Positions 58,931 to 64,000 of a stretch of 64,000 nt of DNA are shown piece after piece. A model generated the notes under the pieces. The model was not told the DNA's origin, ran no database searches, and saw only the letters and a program-made list of their open reading frames with translations. The position numbers were made by a program, and so were the translations under genes. The stretch comes from Bacilli bacterium (GTDB lineage: Bacteria > Bacillota_I > Bacilli_A > ML615J-28 > CAG-313), in assembly GCA_045119035.1 (NCBI GenBank), contig JBGVCU010000042.1, forward strand, positions 3,984-67,983. The letters run 5' to 3'. Positions within the stretch are counted from its first letter, which is position 1. Every line of letters starts with the position of its first letter.

Positions 58931-60196
58931 ATGAAAATCAAAACAAAAAAAGTAACATTAGATGAACTTCAAAACATTAACCCTTACAAAAGATTTAAAC
59001 CTGTTAGACGTAGTTTAATTTTAAAAGGATTAATTAGAATCTTATCATTTCCAACACTTAATAAACTTAAATTTAAATATACAACTTATAACTTTGAGAA
59101 TGTAAATCCCAAACAACCTCATTTAATTTTAATGAATCATACAAATTTTGCTGATATGAAAATTGCATTTTAAATGTTAAGAAAATTTAAATTTAACATT
59201 ATATGTACAGATGATGGTTTTATTGGTAAGAAATTATTAATGAAACATATTGGATGTATTCCAACAAGAAAATATACAGCAGATTTAAATTTGATTAAAG
59301 ATATGATGTATACTGTAAAAGAATTAAATTCTTCTATTTTAATATATCCAGAAGCTTGTTATTCATTTGATGGAACAAAAACTGTTTTACCAAAATCAAT
59401 TGGTAAATTTATTAAACTTTTAAATATTCCTGTTATTACTATAATAACTCATGGTTCTTTTTTCTTTGATCCTTTATATAATAATTTACAATATCGTAAA
59501 GTACATGCAACAGCAGATATGAAATATATATTATCTTTAAATGACATTAAAGAAAAATCAATTGATGAAATTAATGCTATTATAAATAATGAATTTAATT
59601 TTGATCATTTTAAATATCAACAAGAAAATAATATAATAATAAATGAAAGTTTTAGAGCTGATTATTTACATAAAGTACTTTATAAATGTCCTCATTGTCT
59701 AAAAGAAGGTAAAACTATCGGTAAAGGTACAAAAGTAACATGTACACATTGTAATAATACATATGAACTTACAGAAAATGGATATTTAGAAAATATTAGC
59801 GGAAATCAAACTATATTTAATCATATACCTACTTGGAACAATTGGCAAAGAGAATGTGTAAGAGAAGAGATTATTAATAACACATATTTACTTGATGAAG
59901 ATATCGATTTATATGCTGTTAAGAATTATAAAACTGTCTATGAAATCGGTAAAGCCCATTTAAAACAAACTAAAGATGAACTTGTATTAACTGATTTAAA
60001 TGGTAAAGTTTTATTTACTCAACCAATGAAAGCTCTATATACATTAAATACTGACTTTCACTGGTATCAAATTGCAGATACTATTTGTATAGGTGATGAA
60101 AACGTACGTTATTATTGTGCCTTTAAAAATAGTCAAAATGTTGTTTCTAAAGCTAGAATGGCAACAGAAGAAAATTATAAATTAAATAATAAATAA
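58931..60196 (+). pseudogene. PlsC-like acyltransferase split by an in-frame TAA at 59171-59173
   Basis: NHTNFAD motif in the upstream part and IYPEA..S.DG in the downstream part; same frame across TAA-ATG; C-terminal CPHC...C..C domain. Confidence 0.8.
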
Positions 60197-60229
60197 AAGA
60201 GAGTAATTAAAATTACTCTCTTTACTATT

Positions 60230-61702
60230 TTATTGTTCTTCTAAATGGAATGTATATCCATGTAATCTATAAGTATAGATATTTTGGTTTGGATAATCAC
60301 GTCTACCTGTTGCTACTACTACAGGAATAGTAGTTGAATCCATAATATATCCATATGGATCTCTAACAATACCAGGATTATGGTTTCTATCCCATCCAGT
60401 TTGTGCAGGACCAACATAACCTACACATGTCCAAGAATATGTATTTGCTGCTAAAATTTCGCATAATTCTTCTGTTGAGCCTACGTTATCAATGTAAGCA
60501 AGTACACAGTGAGAATTTACAAGTGTTTCAGTTATATTTGGTGGATTTTTTTCGTTTGTTACACCAAATACATAGAAACGTTTTGCAACTGGATCATATG
60601 CATAGTCAGTAATTCCAACATTACATTTTAATCCTTGTGAATTAACAATACCATTGTTATTTCTTGCAACATCATATACTACTTTTGGATCATCTAAATT
60701 GCTTAAATCCCAAAGTTGAATTCCTGTACCACGTGATGATGTTTGGAAGAATAATAATACTTTTCCTTTTTGATCAACACTAATTAATGCAGGCATTCCT
60801 GTACCCCAAGATGTATCTGAATTTCTATCTGAACCATCACCGAAGATTTTTGGATCTCCCCATGGAACAATTGGATTTAAGTGATCTACTTTAATCCAAG
60901 GACCAGCTGGAGATTTTGCAACTGCAATACCAGTTTCATTTTTACTATAATCTTCAGTAACACATCCTAGATAACTCATTAAATAGTTATATGTTTCACC
61001 TTGCATAGTAAATTCACCTTTAATAACAGCAGGGTCACAAGTATGACGTCCATCCCATGTACCAGGTGTAGGTGCTAGAACAATTTCTTGTTCAGAGAAT
61101 AACCATTTACCATCTTCTTGTTGTGTACCAGTTCTATAACCGATATGGTCCATAATAACACCAGAAGTTTTATTTGTACAATACCAAATATGCATTACAC
61201 CATCTTCAACTAAAATTGCAGGGCAATAGTTAAAGATTTTAGTTTCATCAATTGGTTTACCAAATAATACGCTATCAAAATCAACAGCTAAATCTTCAGG
61301 ATTTACTTTATCTTCAAATTCTTTGAATTCTACTTTAATACCATTTGTTTTATCTTCAAATACTAATTTACCAGCATTTAATGTATATGTATATTTTTTA
61401 TTTTGATAAGTCTCAGTAATTGTAGTTCCTTCATAATGGTATGTACCTTCTCTTGTTTCAAGACCAGCTAAACCATAAATTTTTACAGAACAAGATAAGT
61501 CTTTTTTAAATTCTACTTCATAAGTAATATAATATGTAGTTGAAAGTTCTCCATCTATATATACTTTATCAAGTTCATATTTTGCATTTAATGTTTTGCT
61601 TGTTGTTTGAGAACCTGGTTGCATTTCACATCCAGCCACTGCAAAAACAGTAAATAACATTATAAATACTAAAAGTAATTTTTTAAATTTCATCTTCATC
61701 AT
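60230..61702 (-). CDS. Lipoprotein with five-bladed beta-propeller glycoside-hydrolase-like domain
   Basis: VAGC lipobox; NYCP, WD..HTCDP.V, NETG.AV...P.GPW and G.P.L motifs. Confidence 0.72.
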   Translation of the reverse strand: MMKMKFKKLLLVFIMLFTVFAVAGCEMQPGSQTTSKTLNAKYELDKVYIDGELSTTYYITYEVEFKKDLSCSVKIYGLAGLETREGTYHYEGTTITETYQNKKYTYTLNAGKLVFEDKTNGIKVEFKEFEDKVNPEDLAVDFDSVLFGKPIDETKIFNYCPAILVEDGVMHIWYCTNKTSGVIMDHIGYRTGTQQEDGKWLFSEQEIVLAPTPGTWDGRHTCDPAVIKGEFTMQGETYNYLMSYLGCVTEDYSKNETGIAVAKSPAGPWIKVDHLNPIVPWGDPKIFGDGSDRNSDTSWGTGMPALISVDQKGKVLLFFQTSSRGTGIQLWDLSNLDDPKVVYDVARNNNGIVNSQGLKCNVGITDYAYDPVAKRFYVFGVTNEKNPPNITETLVNSHCVLAYIDNVGSTEELCEILAANTYSWTCVGYVGPAQTGWDRNHNPGIVRDPYGYIMDSTTIPVVVATGRRDYPNQNIYTYRLHGYTFHLEEQ

Positions 61703-61703
61703 C

Positions 61704-63410
61704 CTATCTAGGTAAATCTAAAACTATACCGTGTAGTCTATATGTATGTAAAGCAGGCCATTGTCCTGAACCATTCCAATCAGGGAAATCAGTTCTTAAC
61801 ATACTTGATGTATAAACTACACCAATTGATGTAGAACTTAGTACCCAACCATATTCATCAGTTACTAATCCACAGTTATGATTACGTTTATATCCAGTTA
61901 ATGCTTCTGTAATAGCAGAAAATTTAATCCAAGTTTTCTTTGAACCTTCAACAATTGAGTGCATTGGAGAAACTTCATCTTCATCTAAATCTACATATAA
62001 TAATGTATTAGAACCTGTAATCCAATTTGTATTTCCATCAGTTGGATAAGGGAAGTCTTCTTTAACACAAATAATTCTCTTAGTTGCAGGGTCATATGCA
62101 AAGTCAGCATTATTAATACAGTCAACTTGACCAGATGCACTTGTAACACCTGCATTTGATAAAGGTGCTTGTGATAACATAACAGGGTTATTTAAATCAC
62201 TTAAATCCCATTCTTCAGCAATAGTTTCTGTTGCATTTGGAGTACCAGCTGTATAGAATAACATAATTTTTCCAGCTTTATCAATACTTACAAGTGATGG
62301 TTGACCATAACCCCAAGCATTTTTCCAATTATCAGCATTACCGTGTTGTTCAATTGCTTTATAATAATCAGCAATTGGATTTAAATTTTCAATTTTTACC
62401 CATGGACCATTAGGATTTTTACTAACCGCAACACCAACTTCGTTTGCTGTAACGTTAGTTGTACGACATCCTAAGTAAGCCATTAAATAATTATAATCTT
62501 CACCATTGTATTTAAATTCACCTTTAATTACAGATGGATCGCATACATGCACTTTATCCCAAGTATTTGGAGTAGGTTGTAAAACTAATTCTTTTTCACT
62601 GAAAGTCCATTTACCATCAGTTGATAATGTACCTTTTCTATAAGCGATATAGTCAGTTACTTTTCCACTATCTTTATTAGAACAATACCAAACATGCATT
62701 GTTGTTCCATTTTCAATCATAATTGATGGACAATAGTTGTAGAAGTTTTCTTCAATATTGTCACCAAATAATTCATCAGTAAAATTAACTTGTCCTTGTT
62801 CTTCAGGCATAGTAAAATCCTTTTGGTATTCATATTCCATTTTAACAGGAATACGATTAATTTTATTTTCAAATGTTAATGTAGAATAATCTTCACTAAT
62901 TTTAAATGAATATTTTTTTAATCCAATAGTAATATCTAAAACATCAGCAGTAATACTTGTAATACCATTTTGCTCAGTTGCTCCAGTATAATCTACTTCA
63001 TACCATGTGGCTTTTCCATTTTCAATTAATAAAGCATTGAATACATATGAATTAGTAATATCTAATCCATTTTCAACTTTATTTTTTAATAAATAATACC
63101 CAGTTTTTAAACCAGTTTCATTGAAACGAGCTTCAACAGTAATATTTTTTGTAACTTCAAAACTATATTCAGCATCTTCACTAACTAAACTATTTTGAAC
63201 ATACCATCCAATAAAAGATTCAGCATCTCCATTATGAATAACAGTAACAAGTGTATTTAATTCAACTTTTTTTGTAGTAACATTTTCATCTTTAATTACA
63301 CCATTAATAACTTTAACAGTATATAATCCATCTGCAGGAGGAGTTTGAACACATCCAACAGTTATTAACATAAGTACTAAAGTAAGAAAAATAAAACAAA
63401 ATTTTTTCAT
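61704..63410 (-). CDS. Lipoprotein with repeat domain and beta-propeller glycoside-hydrolase-like domain
   Basis: TVGC lipobox; F.GWY...VSED..YSF...NIT.EARF repeat; NYCP, WD..HVCDP, NEVG and GPW motifs; paralogue of 60230-61702. Confidence 0.72.
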   Translation of the reverse strand: MKKFCFIFLTLVLMLITVGCVQTPPADGLYTVKVINGVIKDENVTTKKVELNTLVTVIHNGDAESFIGWYVQNSLVSEDAEYSFEVTKNITVEARFNETGLKTGYYLLKNKVENGLDITNSYVFNALLIENGKATWYEVDYTGATEQNGITSITADVLDITIGLKKYSFKISEDYSTLTFENKINRIPVKMEYEYQKDFTMPEEQGQVNFTDELFGDNIEENFYNYCPSIMIENGTTMHVWYCSNKDSGKVTDYIAYRKGTLSTDGKWTFSEKELVLQPTPNTWDKVHVCDPSVIKGEFKYNGEDYNYLMAYLGCRTTNVTANEVGVAVSKNPNGPWVKIENLNPIADYYKAIEQHGNADNWKNAWGYGQPSLVSIDKAGKIMLFYTAGTPNATETIAEEWDLSDLNNPVMLSQAPLSNAGVTSASGQVDCINNADFAYDPATKRIICVKEDFPYPTDGNTNWITGSNTLLYVDLDEDEVSPMHSIVEGSKKTWIKFSAITEALTGYKRNHNCGLVTDEYGWVLSSTSIGVVYTSSMLRTDFPDWNGSGQWPALHTYRLHGIVLDLPR

Positions 63411-63466
63411 TTTTTACCTCTTTTTTTAAATAGATAGTGGTTTATAAAAACCACTATCTTTATTTT

Positions 63467-64000
63467 TTATTCAATAACGAAATCTCTTAAATGTTGAGAA
63501 TATACATAGTCAGCGTTATCAGCTTCTAAATCAGAAACTGTATAAACAACTTCAACAACATCGATTGTATGACCATATTCATCACTAACAAGTGTAGCAT
63601 TATATACTCTTTCATATTCAGTTCCTAAATCGAAACCATCGAATGCACCCATAGAAACGAATCCAGTTTCAACATCAGTTGTATAAAGTTCAGCTTCAGC
63701 AATGTATGCAACTTCAACTGATAAAGCAACTTGTGGTTTTGTTGCAGCAGCAGGAGATACATCTTTAACTAATACGAAACGTTGAGCTTCTGCATCATAT
63801 GCAAAGTCAGCATTAGGCATCATTAATACATCTTCCCCACCTTGTAAGTTACCTTTATTAGTAACATGGTAAGTATAAGCACAGCTTACAGCTTCAATAT
63901 TATCTAAGTTAGAGCAATCGAAATCATAGAATCTTACGAAGTTACCATAAGCATCTGCGTATGTATAGAAAACTCTGATTCCAGATACTTTATTATAGTT
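63467..64000 (-). CDS. Third beta-propeller paralogue, 5' end outside the window
   Basis: Frame open from 64000; NADFAYD...RFVLVKD and LVSDEYG match the neighbouring paralogues. Confidence 0.7.
   Translation of the reverse strand, partial: NYNKVSGIRVFYTYADAYGNFVRFYDFDCSNLDNIEAVSCAYTYHVTNKGNLQGGEDVLMMPNADFAYDAEAQRFVLVKDVSPAAATKPQVALSVEVAYIAEAELYTTDVETGFVSMGAFDGFDLGTEYERVYNATLVSDEYGHTIDVVEVVYTVSDLEADNADYVYSQHLRDFVIE

Noticed and set aside
663-60612. Short antisense or overlapping ORFs in the track (e.g. 663-896, 924-1142, 1737-1919, 3399-3584, 14955-15194, 22515-22757, 37550-37864, 39474-39752, 55546-55932, 57249-57500, 60403-60612)
   Set aside because: They shadow well-supported genes and show no recognisable motifs or convincing SD sequences.

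Overview
A very AT-rich (roughly 25% GC by eye), gene-dense chromosomal window read in genetic code 11. Its gene set suggests a reduced-genome Bacilli or Mollicutes-like (Acholeplasmatales-type) anaerobe; this placement is inference. Housekeeping genes include pncAB, queH, gap, efp, ispH, pheST, trpS, tyrS, clpP, udk, ktrAB, pepF and a Bacillus-syntenic spx-yjbK-yjbM-ppnK-yjbO block. There are five tRNAs, three T-box leaders and a yybP-ykoY (Mn2+) riboswitch ahead of a P-type ATPase. Accessory parts are an internally deleted ISL3 element, an ECF sigma/anti-sigma/Glu-His-Ser subtilase module (sigma interrupted by TGA), an integrase-less islet of about 5 kb downstream of tRNA-Gly, a domain-shuffled lipoprotein array, and three beta-propeller glycosidase-like paralogues, two of them complete lipoproteins. 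The islet is punctuated by a repeated terminator/tRNA-T-arm/promoter module. The most notable signals are (i) scattered spore-coat-like genes (CotY/Z-, CotO- and CotD-like) plus AT-drifted murC, uppP and dapL-like genes in this Mollicute-like background, (ii) the tRNA-fragment-bearing repeat module, and (iii) a candidate sRNA of about 100 nt upstream of pepF. No CRISPR array or rRNA gene was seen.
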